NCBI RefSeq assembly: GCF_947568905.1 | Contig: NC_079169.1 | Span: 53,630,001-53,694,000 of the forward strand | Length of the DNA stretch: 64,000 nucleotides | Direction: 5' to 3' | Source of the DNA: Ostrea edulis | Lineage: Eukaryota | In this document: positions 52,801 to 63,596 of the stretch, piece by piece | How positions within the stretch are numbered: the stretch's first letter is position 1 | How the letters are laid out: each line of letters starts with the position of its first letter | Program-made: the position numbers and the translations under genes | The notes under the pieces: generated by a model | What the model saw: only the letters and a program-made list of their open reading frames with translations | Database searches by the model: none | Told to the model about the DNA's origin: nothing

Positions 52801-55800
52801 TTCGTCCAGTGGGCGTCTAGACCTGGCTTCATCTTCTAAAGACTTTCTACCCCTACCCAGAATTTACCCTGAGCATAAGATAGTGCAGAAGACCTATACA
52901 CATCGGCTAACTCGCCGTGTATTTCCTTGCCTGGCTTACCTTTTAAATACAAGTACCGAATTATAGCACGTTACTCAACTTTAGATGAAAAGCATGAAAG
53001 GCGAAGATAACGAACAGTGATCAATCTCATAACTCCTATAAACAATACAAAATAGATAGTTGGGCAAACACGAACCCTGGTCATGCCTTTGCATCACTAG
53101 CCATGTTTGACATTCAATAGAATGACCCGATACGCGTGCAATTTTGTACCCAGGCATAATTTGATAAAACATGTATTGAAACAAGGCATGAAAATCGTGA
53201 CGGCCTCGGTCAATCGGAAATGGGATAGGCTGGTTACTGATTGACTCGCCCTCGTATGTATATAAACATTGTGTAGATCACTGAATAAACATATTAAACG
53301 ATCTAACTTTTAGGTGGCGGAAGGCTGAAGGAGAGTAACCTTGTCTCCGGTCTTCTTCCCCGAGGAACATGTCCTTTTGGATTCGATACTCCGTATCACT
53401 GTTTTATGGCAGGTTAGTTTCTAGACGATAAAAACACAAAAGAATCCAATTTTTTGCGGTTTAAAAATCGGCTACGTTCAATTGTAATAAAAAAAACCTA
53501 TAATTTTGTAATTTTCTGAAGATCTTTGAAGTTCATCACATTCTTTGTACCGTTTTACTTATCGTTGTACCTACCGTTGAACTATCATTGTACCTAGGGG
53601 GAATTGCATCGTTTATCCCCATGCCAAAGTCAGTATAATATGCTTTTCTCTTGCATTATAAGGTGACCACAGACAAAGTGAGACACCAACACTGACTGTC
53701 ATGCACACCACGTGGTTAAGACGTCACAATCTCATAGCAGACGCCTTACGTACATCTTCGGGTATAACAAACGACGAGGTTCTCTTCCAGGAAGCAAAGC
53801 GAATAGTTGTTGCTGAGCTCCAGCACTTGACTTACACGGAGTTTTTACCAGCAGTTCTCGATGACTTCCATATGAGCGTGTTTAATCTGTATTCCAGATC
53901 CGTTGGCCACGATAACGTGTATAATCCCAATGTTGATCCACGGACATTCAACGCCTTTGGTGCCGCTGTTTTGCGCATGGGTCACACATTGGTCAGGAAT
54001 ATTGTCGGACATGACAATGGACGAGGAAACGTGCAGACACATCCCCTCATCGATCATTTTGGAAACCCGAATCTTATGTTCTCACCATCAAATGGTTACG
54101 AATTTATGGCACGGTGGATGTCCAAAAATGCAAAGTCTCGCAGCGACAGCGCTATTGTAGATGGACTCCGAAATAGACTGTTTGAGGGTCCCCCTGGCCC
54201 ATTCCCCAGAGAGACTACGTCTTTGGACCTCGGGGCTATGAACACTCAGCGCGGTCGTGAACACGGTCTCCCATCATACAATGCCTATAGACAGTTCTGT
54301 GGCCGGTATCCAGCAAACTATTTCGCTGCTGTGCGTGGTGGATTGGAGGATCACACGCCACAAGCTGCTAGCAAACTCGCTAGTGTGTACAGGTATACTA
54401 CTTGTTTTATATCTAATTTGTCCATGCACAAGCATTTGTCAAATTACTAATGAAGTCGAGATCAACATACGCTAAACTCTTATCATATCATAGTACCAGT
54501 TGTTATATCTGCAAATGATCTTCTTTCACTTGAATAGTCGTAACACAATGTATTTCCATTTCATGATATAAACCTAAAATTGATATTTCCTTATGTGACG
54601 TATGCAGAAGCACTCATGACATAGACCTTTATGCGGGCGGAATATCGGAAACACCGATTGCTGGAGGGATCCTTGGTCCCACCTTCTCCTGCCTGTTCGC
54701 TTACCAGTTTTCTCTATACAAACACGGAGATAGGTTCTGGTACGAGAACAATAACATCCTCGCCGCCTTCACTCCAGGTTAGTATTGCCAGGAAGAAAGT
54801 GATATCACATATCACACTCCAAACGAAATACATCAAAAATGTTTGTATCAAACTGATAAATAGCACACAAAAACCGTCTCCAGGTAACAATGATTTTGTT
54901 CATGTACTCTATGTTCAATCATTTTCAAAGTTTTAGTCATGTCTACTTTTTTGTTGTTGAAATTTACCGATATGGGGAGTAAATTTAAAACTTAAAACAA
55001 GAGAATTCACAATCACTGATATCGCAACTGTGTTTATTTTCTATGGATTTTTCAACGCCAGAATTTCGACCCTGTATCATTGAATTCAACCCTCCCTTTT
55101 TCAGACCAACTTGCCCAAATCAAACAAATGACTTACTCCAAAGTTTTGTGCTCAGTCGTCAAAGACGATCTAGGATCTATAAGATATCAGCCTCGATTAC
55201 TTCTACGACCAGAAGTCTTTGGGTAAGTATAAAAATATGTTACCATACACACGTATGCATTATCATGCAAAGGCGACATTGTTGATCGTGTACTGCTTAT
55301 TGATCTGAATTTTTCCGCCGTCCTTGTTATCTTATGAAATTAACTGTGTGTCAAGGTTGATTAAACCCCCTATAAAGTATGCTTGCCGCAGCGACTATGT
55401 ATAATTTTGTTTCAATTTAATGAAAGGCCATCTCTTTATCTTATAAATAGCCCACCGTCATTGTTGTTATAAATTTTTCACATCTTCCACCTCTTGTGTA
55501 AGAGTACGTGGAAAATTCCTCAACAATCTTCTTCTCAAGGAACACAAGAGCACATTTAACCAAAATAATGCGAAATCGTCTTTATGTACGGTAGACTCAT
55601 GTTTATTTGCATTATGATCCCCGAGTTCAGGCCCGGAGGTTATAAAACTTTTACCGTACTCATACTCAAATGTGTTTGTTTTGAGTACAACTCTGAGTAA
55701 TCTTCGAAGTATACTCGAAAAATCTTGAGCATGTACTCCATTTGAGTATGAGAATGATTTCATAAAAGGAAAGGCCAAGATAACGAACAGTGATCAATCT

Positions 55801-58581
55801 CATAAATCCCATAAGCAATACAAAATAGATGGTTGGCCAAACACGGACCACTGCACACAGTAGAGATGGGATCAGGTGCCAAGGAGGAGTAAGCATCCCT
55901 TGCCAACCGGTCACACCCGCCGTGAGCCCTTTATCTTGATCAGGTAAACAGAGTTATCCGTAGTCAAAATCAGTGTACCAAGCACGGCCTAATAATCGGT
56001 ATGAAACACGTCATTGTTATAACGACGATAGAATTTGCGAAATGCTGATTTTAAACGAGACTGTTGAAACCACCGAACCATCAACTTGTCAGTAGCCTGT
56101 CTCGATTTAGATACTTATCATAGGCAGAACAAGCTCTTGCGTATCCAATCAGTTGAGAAATAAACATCGTATGCAGATGATAATGGAATATTGCTACATA
56201 AGTATGGGAAATTGGTGATGGCCGTTACTATCTACTTTCAATAAAATATCTAAGTATGAAGCAAAAGTGCACGACTCTGTGGTGTCTTTTGTGTCGAGCT
56301 CGCAGGGTTATATCGAATCGACATATTGATGGAAGTTATTATTGTTAATAGATAAAACGTCGTCGATAAATCTAAATGTCGAATTGAAGACCACAGCGAG
56401 AGATATTTTTTCTTCTCGCTTAGAAATTTCTGAATAAATTCTGCTTACTAGGAATATAAAAACAGGTCACCTAACAAAGGAGCACAATTGGTGCACATAG
56501 AAATTCCAACAGACTGTTGGAAGACCTGATCACCAAAGATCACGAAGATATTGTCAATGAGGAACTGTAACATATTTTTTAATTCAACTTCAGAATACTT
56601 GTGCATGGAATCAGAGTGGTGTTTAACAAAGTAAATATTTGGATGACTGATCACTAGATAGGAATAATTCCGTTTTCCATTTCTGTTGAAGCAACTGTCT
56701 ATGATGTCAAAGAGTCTAGTCGTTAATTTATCGTGAGGAATAGTCGTATAAAGTGTTCAAAAGTCATAGGTTTTGATGTTTTGCGATTTCAAGTTTGCTA
56801 AAGGTTGTTTAGAATATTTTAGAATCCACATTTGATTTACACCACTTCTGGCATATGTATTCGCACAGTAGGTTTGAAGTTTCTCCTTCACAGCTAGTAA
56901 TATTTTCGTCAGTAACGATAAGGGCTTGGTAGTGCATTTACTGGATCCAGCGATGTATCTTTGTTTTTATGTAGTTTAGGAATCCAGTATAGGTACGGTA
57001 ACCCATGTTCATTCGACCCACCGACTGGGATACCAAATGTACCTAAAACTGAAGCATGGTTTTGAAGAATTTCATCTTTTGAAAGGGCAGTTGGAGTATA
57101 AGTACGATTAAGTTTTATGTACACAACTGCAAGGGTGCTCGTAACTCCTATAAAGAATACAAAATCAAGAGTGGGTAAACACGGATCCCTGAAAACACCA
57201 GAGGTGGGATCTGGTTTCTAGGAGGAGTAAGCATCCCCTGTTGACCGGTCACAGAACAAATATTCAATGAAGAATTAACTGGGGACCTCCCGATTGCAAA
57301 GCGAGTGTCTTAACTATTAGCTAGGCTCGATCACATCCCAGAGCTAATATAGAAAACATTCAATCTTTTAAGATCTTCATACGCCTGAAGATATGGCACA
57401 CAGACTGGCTGCATATTTAAAATGATCTTGAAGGACCAAAATTGTAAAATTTTCAATCCTTAGCTAAGAAAGTTCTTTCAGGTTCTGGAATGGGGCTACA
57501 TGGACCATGAAATCCTAATCATTTAGCAAGCAAATTACGTGCTTAATGGCATACCTTGCAAACCAAAATTGAAGATCAATAAAGGAACCACCATGTCTGT
57601 CTGTCTTAGTATGTCATTCCAATTTGCTGAGGCGTTTGAAACGTAATAAAGACACCCAAAGTTTGAACTTGTCTCGGTAGTTGCTGATACTCAGATTATC
57701 TGTAGTGACCCTGAGCCAGTCATATCATCAGATTATCTGTAGTGACCCTGAGCCAGTCATATCATCAAGGTCACTAGAAAAAAAAGTGTAGAGATAATTA
57801 GCTGTATAGCTATTTGATTGCATACAATACATGGATCGATTGATAGCAAAAGATATATTTAAGTAATATCTTAATGACTTTTATCATGTTCAAGGACTGT
57901 GTTTCAAATAAAGTAACGCTAGCATCATCAAATGGATGCGTATTTAAGATAAAATATAAATTGACAAACACAGATTTAGTTGGTATAATACTTGCGGGAC
58001 ACTTTGTGAGAGAAGCTATGAAAAAATCAATTGATAATATATTAACTAAAATGTATTATTGCAGAAACCATCAACGACCATGCACCCAAATATTGAATGG
58101 AAATTACCTTGGTTTCGATATCCGTCCATTTGTAAATGAACTGAGCTCTTTGGGAGGATCTCGAACAGGCCGCAGTGGTCCTCTTCATTCCTTCCAAGGA
58201 GCCTTTCAGCGTACTTCTGGTGGTGCCGCTAGGACTAGTTCTCTTTCCCACACTAGCCGCAAACCAACTAATTCTGGCTTTCAAGTCCCGAACCCTGCTA
58301 ATGTTCTGCGAAATGTAACCACTAATGCCTCAGGGAGTCAGCGAGGTAACAGTCAGCTGGAGAACACGCAAACAGGTAGACAGGGTAACAATGATAGAAG
58401 ACAGAACCAAAATCGACGAGGGCAGAACCAGAACCGCCGAGGGCAAAACCAAAACCGTCGGGGACGGAACCAGAACCGCCGGGGACAGAGCCAGGGTCGG
58501 CGGGGGCAGAGTCAGGGTCGGCGGGGGCAGAGCCAGGGACGGCGAACAAAGTTTCAGGGACGATTTGGTCAGACTGGATAA
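40815..58581 (+). CDS. Secreted animal heme peroxidase (peroxidase-cyclooxygenase superfamily; chorion peroxidase/peroxinectin-like)
   Basis: In-frame GT-AG exons: 40815-41001, 43655-43811, 45806-46041, 47046-47222, 48813-48861, 51305-51423, 51590-51685, 53314-53412, 53663-54392, 54608-54777, 55105-55222, 58065-58581 (2655 nt, 884 aa). Hydrophobic N-terminus MTGRILVFLLVITELQG; YRTADGSCNN; GQFIDHD (distal His); TSFIDGTAIYG (Ca site); GDHRQSET (distal Arg and Glu); RMGHTLV (proximal His); NTQRGREHG; GDRFWYE. Confidence 0.94.
41002..42050 (+). repeat. 36-bp minisatellite starting at the peroxidase exon 1 donor, split by an insertion
   Basis: Unit GTAAATCATGATTGTGATAGTCGCACCTTGTATCGG; GTAAAT and TTAATT variants alternate; interrupted at about 41200-41742. 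Confidence 0.93.
41200..41742. mobile_element. Hairpin-bearing interspersed repeat (unclassified, possibly Crypton-type non-autonomous)
   Basis: About 150-bp imperfect palindrome at 41206-41355 centred on GGCTTTGCC; second copy at 60133-60680. Confidence 0.7.
42779..42941. mobile_element. Short MITE, 5-bp TSD
   Basis: CAGGAGCGGATCC / GGATCCACCACTG; TSD TAATA; related copy at 63011-63171. Confidence 0.75.
43020..43327 (+). mobile_element. tRNA-derived SINE (possibly Meta+Deu domain type)
   Basis: A-box-like GGTAGGTAAAGCG, B-box GAGTTCGAGCC, central GTGATTGCT.CTTCGC.AAA and GGCACG.TAAAGAACCC, (CAAA)n-like tail. Confidence 0.75.
43957..44368 (-). mobile_element. Non-autonomous Helentron (HINE) relic
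   Basis: AACAAGAGGCCCAAAGGCC end palindrome and GGTCAC.TGAG...CTCAGGTGACCTAAAA start structure on the minus strand. Confidence 0.6.
44730..45235 (+). mobile_element. tRNA-derived SINE plus a tandem partial copy
   Basis: TCAGTGGTAGAGCG A box, GAGTTCGAGCT B box, same body as 43020; partial second body at about 45082-45235. Confidence 0.75.
45329..45795. repeat. 29-bp minisatellite abutting the peroxidase exon 3 acceptor
   Basis: Unit GTCGGTGTTGTTTAATCAGAAGTATGATT, about 16 copies, ending about 10 nt before the AG at 45804-45805. Confidence 0.95.
47613..48590 (-). mobile_element. Degenerate mariner transposon (truncated)
   Basis: TA|CGAGGGTTG terminus; minus-strand fragments ARWIPHILT, LLHDKAPSH, PHPPYSSDLAPCNFFLF; frameshifted; second TIR not found. 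Confidence 0.85.
49460..49620. repeat. 53-bp tandem triplication
   Basis: GTGCACACTCGCACC motif at 49471, 49524 and 49577. Confidence 0.9.
49794..50093. mobile_element. 300-bp MITE with TAG termini and 6-bp TSD
   Basis: TIR TAGTCTCGCTTTCCCCAGACT / AGTTTGGAGAAAGCGAGACTA; TSD TACTGG. Confidence 0.8.
51921..53254 (-). mobile_element. Full-span but defective mariner transposon in peroxidase intron 7
   Basis: TA TSD; about 29-bp TIRs CGAGGGCGAGTCAAT(A/C)AGTAACCAGCCTA; transposase fragments HWVPKSLS, QQDNARVH, YSSDLAPSDFFLF; frameshifts; nested PLE 3' fragment at about 52985-53085. Confidence 0.92.
55766..57255 (-). mobile_element. Penelope-like retroelement relic (Naiad-type RT) with an upstream 3'-end repeat
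   Basis: Minus strand: LPYLYWIPKLHK, SGVNQMWIL, KTYDF*TLYTTIPH, QQSVGISMCTNCAPLL, FRFIDDVL, NFPYLCSNIP; RT runs directly into the 3' UTR; a second 3' UTR copy at 57135-57255. Confidence 0.85.
57708..57770. repeat. Short tandem duplication
   Basis: CAGATTATCTGTAGTGACCCTGAGCCAGTCATATCAT present twice. Confidence 0.85.
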
Positions 58582-60132
58582 TTTGCAGATACAGTGAATG
58601 TGTTTTGAGTTCTAAGAGTACAATGTAAACATTTTTGTAAGTAGAGTTGAATGCTATTGTTATAGAATGCAATATTTTCACTACTGTTTGTTAAATACAT
58701 ATTAATATTGTGAAAATGCATGTAAAGTGTTTGCCATAGTCAAACTCAGGTAAAACAAAACACCATTCAAAATATACAAATTATGAAAAGGACATTCATA
58801 TTGCATTTCAATATATTTGCACTTACATGTAACACTGCAAGCAAATCAGGCAACTGTACTGTAGGAAAGGATTCATTGGAACTACAGGATTTCTACGGGG
58901 AAGATTTAACATTCGGTTCTGCTTCGTTGGATCTAAATTCAAATTTGATGCACGGTTTTTGTCACTTCTTAGAAGAGTAGGCTTACAAAATAATGCTTGA
59001 TTTCCACGCAGAGCAACATGGAAAAACAGTCCACGAGGCACTCAATCAGGATCATTCTCTAATGTAGAATATCCGAAAGGAAACAGACCCAATTCTGCCT
59101 TGCTATGTCCCGGCGCGGGGATGGACATTTTGGTATCGATTTGATGACATGCTCCACATCATGCGTTTGGCCAAACTATGGACTATTTACCCAGCGGTAG
59201 TCCTCAGGATATGCATTTTGTTCTGTACTGGAAACCCTATTCGAAGATCTGTCAGCATGGTGGAATTCGTGTGGAAAGCTGTACTCGAAAATTTGTTAGC
59301 ATACTGTATGGGAGTACTTTGTATGGAAAGCTGTACCCGGATATTTGTCAGTTTTCTGGACTTTGCTACATTGATTTTACAATTACACTCGCTGAAAAAA
59401 CAACCCTTTTTGACACAGATATAGACGATTTATATTAAGATTCATTTCTAGGACGAAAATAACATATTTATTAGGTGGCGTGCAACCCTATTAGACTGTC
59501 ACATTGAATGAGAGTTTGTGGGTGTAACTATAAAGTTTGTCTGTATAAAGGTTTAAATCACAATATGACTTGCTGATCTGTATGGTAATAAAAACAGACC
59601 ACTTCACCCAAAACCAGCAGATGTATAGGTTCTTTTGTTTATTTGTTTTGTTTTTCAACAAAGTGTGAAACATAATATTTTGTTTCTTTTTCTCGTCACA
59701 TTTAGTATCATTGTAATGACAATGTAGTGCTGATTATTGTTAGTGTGAATCTCTGTGAGGAGGAAATAAAGACGGAATTGTCCCCAGAATGATCAATTTA
59801 ATTATTCAGTAAACAAGCAAGATCGGACATATGGTGTTTACAAAGACTAGTATCTCTAAAACAAGAATCAATCAAGTCTTCATTGAATTTTAAGTTTAAT
59901 GTCTTTACAATGTTGTTATTGATTTGGTATTTGGGTAATTGTATGAGGAACATCTGTGATGATGACCATCACTACTCATTTCAATCACTAGTGTTTTACA
60001 TTCGCTAAAGGTGAATTTGTCTCTAACATTCAGTAAAAAAAAAAAACCCATTCAGTCAGTATCTACAGTGAATTTAGATGAACTTATGCAATCCAATTCA
60101 AAAACTGTATTTGACTTTTAGAAATAAAGAAG

Positions 60133-60680
60133 CTTCATTAGTACGAGTGTGGGATAGGGAAATTACACCGAGAGTTAAAAGATTAGCAGTCTAGGACAAG
60201 GCTTTGCCGAGTCCTAGACAGCAAATCTTGTTCCAGAGGTGGAATTTCCCTATCCCACACAAGTAAATAAAGGGTTATTTTTCTTACATTTTACCCACTG
60301 TTTAGTGCATAAATTCAGGAGGTTTGAGAAATTCAAAATGATCAAAATCCTCATTTGAACTTCAATGCAAAAAAACTTTGACAGCCAGAAAGAGCATACC
60401 CGAAAAAGGTTTACACACTGTTATGTGTAAACTAAAATACCCAAGGTTGCCCACCAGAAAGCTATATCAAATATTAAAATATTCAAGGAAACAATAGCAA
60501 TTAGTTTAATGTACATCATAGCAAATATATGACGTCACAATCAATGACGCCGCAGCAGTGAGAGACGGAAAAATCTCACATGGCTGTTTCACATGGGTAA
60601 AGTTGATCTCACAGTGGTGATAATGTGAGAGAGAAAAATCTCACATGGGTAAAGTCGATCTCACACTGGTGATAATGTAA
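60133..60680. mobile_element. Hairpin-bearing interspersed repeat, second copy
   Basis: Colinear with 41200-41742 (CTTCATTAGTACGAGTGTGGGATAGGGAA...GGCTTTGCC...CTGGTGATAATG). Confidence 0.75.
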
Positions 60681-61009
60681 TGTGAGAAATTCAATTTCTC
60701 ACTCTCTCATACTTTCCTTTTAGGTACACTATAACACGAAACAGAATGGGGGAACGGAGACGATCCGTTTCTCATACAATGTGTTTACTTTGCAATGTCC
60801 CCATCACTGGCCTTAACCATTTAACTCTAACTTACTGTATACTATTATTGTAAGATTGTAAAATAAAAGATGTCTGCTTTGTAAGTAGGCACTTTTGGCG
60901 GGAAATTTAGTCTTTGCCTTCATTTACGTACTCTTTTCACAAATAGTTTTAACGTATACATAAGTGGTGGGATTACGGATATCAAAATAATTCACGGAAT
61001 ACCTTCCTT

Positions 61010-61115
61010 GCAACTATGGATTGAAAGGTGTAAATAACGAACAGTGATCAATCTCATATCAGCAATGTAAAATAGATAGTTGGGCAAACACAGCTACCCC
61101 TGGATATACCCACCG
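61010..61115 (-). mobile_element. 3' fragment of the Penelope-like element
   Basis: ATAACGAACAGTGATCAATCTCATA...AAATAGATAGTTGGGCAAACAC...CCCCTGGATATACC. Confidence 0.7.
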
Positions 61116-62067
61116 GTCACACACGGAATGGATATGAAATTCAATATATGAAAGGCTTTATTTTGTTCCCCTAAAAGGTGTTGTGTATGTCTTCATATCA
61201 AGTCACCAAACTATCTAAAGAAAGACACCATAATAGTAACAACTACTCGTATATTCTTAGAGTCATATGCATAAAAATTACAAGAATTTTACTCAGTCAT
61301 ATTGAAATTATTTAGTTTGAGATAGATAGTGTTCGCTGCCACATACATTTGTTAAAACAAAAAGCTAAATATGACGTCACAATGCACATCAACTGCGTTA
61401 TATGATTAGGTGGATCAAATGTCTATAGTCGCAATGCAAGATGTTTAGATGTGTTGACAGCTGTCCGTACACGTCTGGATATCTTCAGAATGTGTTTATT
61501 CTACGTGCTTGTTATGGATGTATGAAAGTGTGCACTAGCTGTGCTCGCCACACCTGTAGCACCGTAAACAGATTAATGAACTTAGAGACTTCGACCAAAA
61601 CTGTGAAATTTATCTATCATGGGCCAAATGTTAGGGTTCTGGGATGGGGTTTTGGATCATATAGTGAAATGCATCAAGAGTCGTATGCATAAAAATTCTA
61701 AGAATTTTCTTAAGTATATACTTAAACTTCTTAAGTATATACTTAGCTAAGTAAGATTCTTAAGTTCCGTTGCATAAAACCTCTAAGCAACATGCTAAGT
61801 TGTTTTTAGCTAAGTACATCGCAATATGCTTAAGTTTATCGTTGCTATGTCAAACGTCATTTCCGCTTTCACTTTACCGTAAACACAGATTGCATGAAGT
61901 TGAACATTTTCTTGATAAGTCTCTCTTGTATCGCTAATAAATGATGAAATACTATATTTTTTTGTGTTATGTAAGGTTAATAAAATAAATAGACCAAAAA
62001 TCAAATGTCGTTTTATATGACGATATATCCGATTTTATCGTCTGCATCTGCATTGATCCTTGAAAAT

Positions 62068-62350
62068 ATGGCAGAAAGAGAAGGTGTTGAGAGTCAGTCA
62101 TTACAGACAACTAAGAAAAGAAAACCGAATTGGATAGCAGATGAATGCTTGTTTTTAAGCAAGTGTGTAGAAGAACATAAAAGTATCCTTCGAGCTAAAT
62201 TCGGAACGGGGGTTACGACATTAAAGAAACGGGAGATTTGGAGGAAAATCACAGATGCCATCAATGCCTCTTCCTACACCAAGCGAACGGTGGAGGAGGT
62301 TGAGAAGAAATGACACAATATACAGATGAAGGGGGAAAGCAGAGCTGGCA
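62068..62350 (+). pseudogene. Harbinger Myb/SANT-like DNA-binding protein fragment
   Basis: KRKPNW...KKREIWRKITDAINA...RTVEEVEKK*HNIQMK; TGA at the position of the family's conserved Trp. Confidence 0.75.
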
Positions 62351-63010
62351 GACGCACGACGTAGTGTGAAACAAACGGGTAAACGAATATATATTAAATC
62401 TATATAGTATATATATAGTATGCATTTCAAATTTGCTTGAAAAACATACACGAACAAGACAGGCACTAAATCCAGTCCCCATAATGTGCTGATGATGAAC
62501 TATATTTCTTTACTATCGCATTTATAAATAAATAGAGACCTAGGCACTCGAGGGTAGCCTAATTGTATGTTATCTTACCGTACCATCTAGTATGTATCCA
62601 AACAGGCCCAATATCATATGTTGTTTCTGTATTCAGCAATCAAATCCTCAACAACTTCGAATATCGCAGTCTGCACAAAGTTATACACAGTAAACAAAAT
62701 GTCGAAATATGCATTGTCATTGACTGAAATGACGTAATATTATTCAAAGGTTATGTCCCTTTTTTGCCCCCCCCCCCCCTCTTCCGGTCATGAATAGATC
62801 CTTATATATCATGAAAAAGTAAGTGTGGAAAGTTAGCTTACATAGGTGACGTATAAGCCATTGCTATTTTGAGAAATTTTTAATTTAACTTAATGACAGA
62901 AAAATATGAATAATGTGAAACTTTGATCGATATGACCCTTCTAAATAAATATAATGTGCATGCACTTAAAAAGGAATTTTTCAAACAATTTTTCATCATC
63001 TAATTATTAC

Positions 63011-63171
63011 CAGGGCGGATCGAGGAATTTTGAAGGGGGGGTACAATTAATTCTGGTTTTCAAAATTGGGGGTACATCTTAAAGATGCGTAATTTATACT
63101 TTTCTTTAGCAAAATCATGTGACGAAAGGGGGGGGGGTCTAACTCCCGAATCCCCTCTGGATCCGCCACTG
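63011..63171. mobile_element. Short MITE, 5-bp TSD
   Basis: CAGGGCGGATC / GGATCCGCCACTG; TSD ATTAC. Confidence 0.75.
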
Positions 63172-63345
63172 ATTACAAACTTCAGACAGTCTTTGATTCC
63201 TTGATGCATTTGAGTATGAATTATTTTCTTTTATTTCTAAAGAATAAATACTTGTATTAATTTCGAAATTACACATAATTGCCTAGTTTAACATTTTTTT
63301 TTATACTAGCAAGTATTCTTCTATCCCAACATTCGAACGCATCAA

Positions 63346-63596
63346 TTACGTACCCTGGATATCTGCAACTATGTGGTCATTGGCATTTCCATTGTCATTG
63401 TAAGCATCTGCGTTGTCATCATCGTCAGGGAGGGGCAGATTGAACATTTTTGCGATGTTATGTAAAACTCCGCATGCTATGATGACATTGCTGGCACGTT
63501 GAGGATGCTGACGTATTTCTCCATGAAGAACATGGAACCGTCTTTTTAAGTGACCAATTGTTCTCTCAACAAGGGTGAGAGTGCACTTATGCGACC
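63346..63596 (-). pseudogene. Harbinger (HARBI1-like) DDE transposase, C-terminal exon
   Basis: VERTIGHLKRRFHVLHGEIRQHPQRASNVIIACGVLHNIA after an acceptor-like TTTTTAAAAG. Confidence 0.8.

Noticed and set aside
57874-58064. N-terminal part of the 235-aa ORF
   Set aside because: Intron read-through; the true exon starts at 58065.
58849-58998. Alternative in-phase last exon for the peroxidase
   Set aside because: Poor pyrimidine tract, and it lacks the conserved terminal Asn/Cys motif that exon 58065 supplies.
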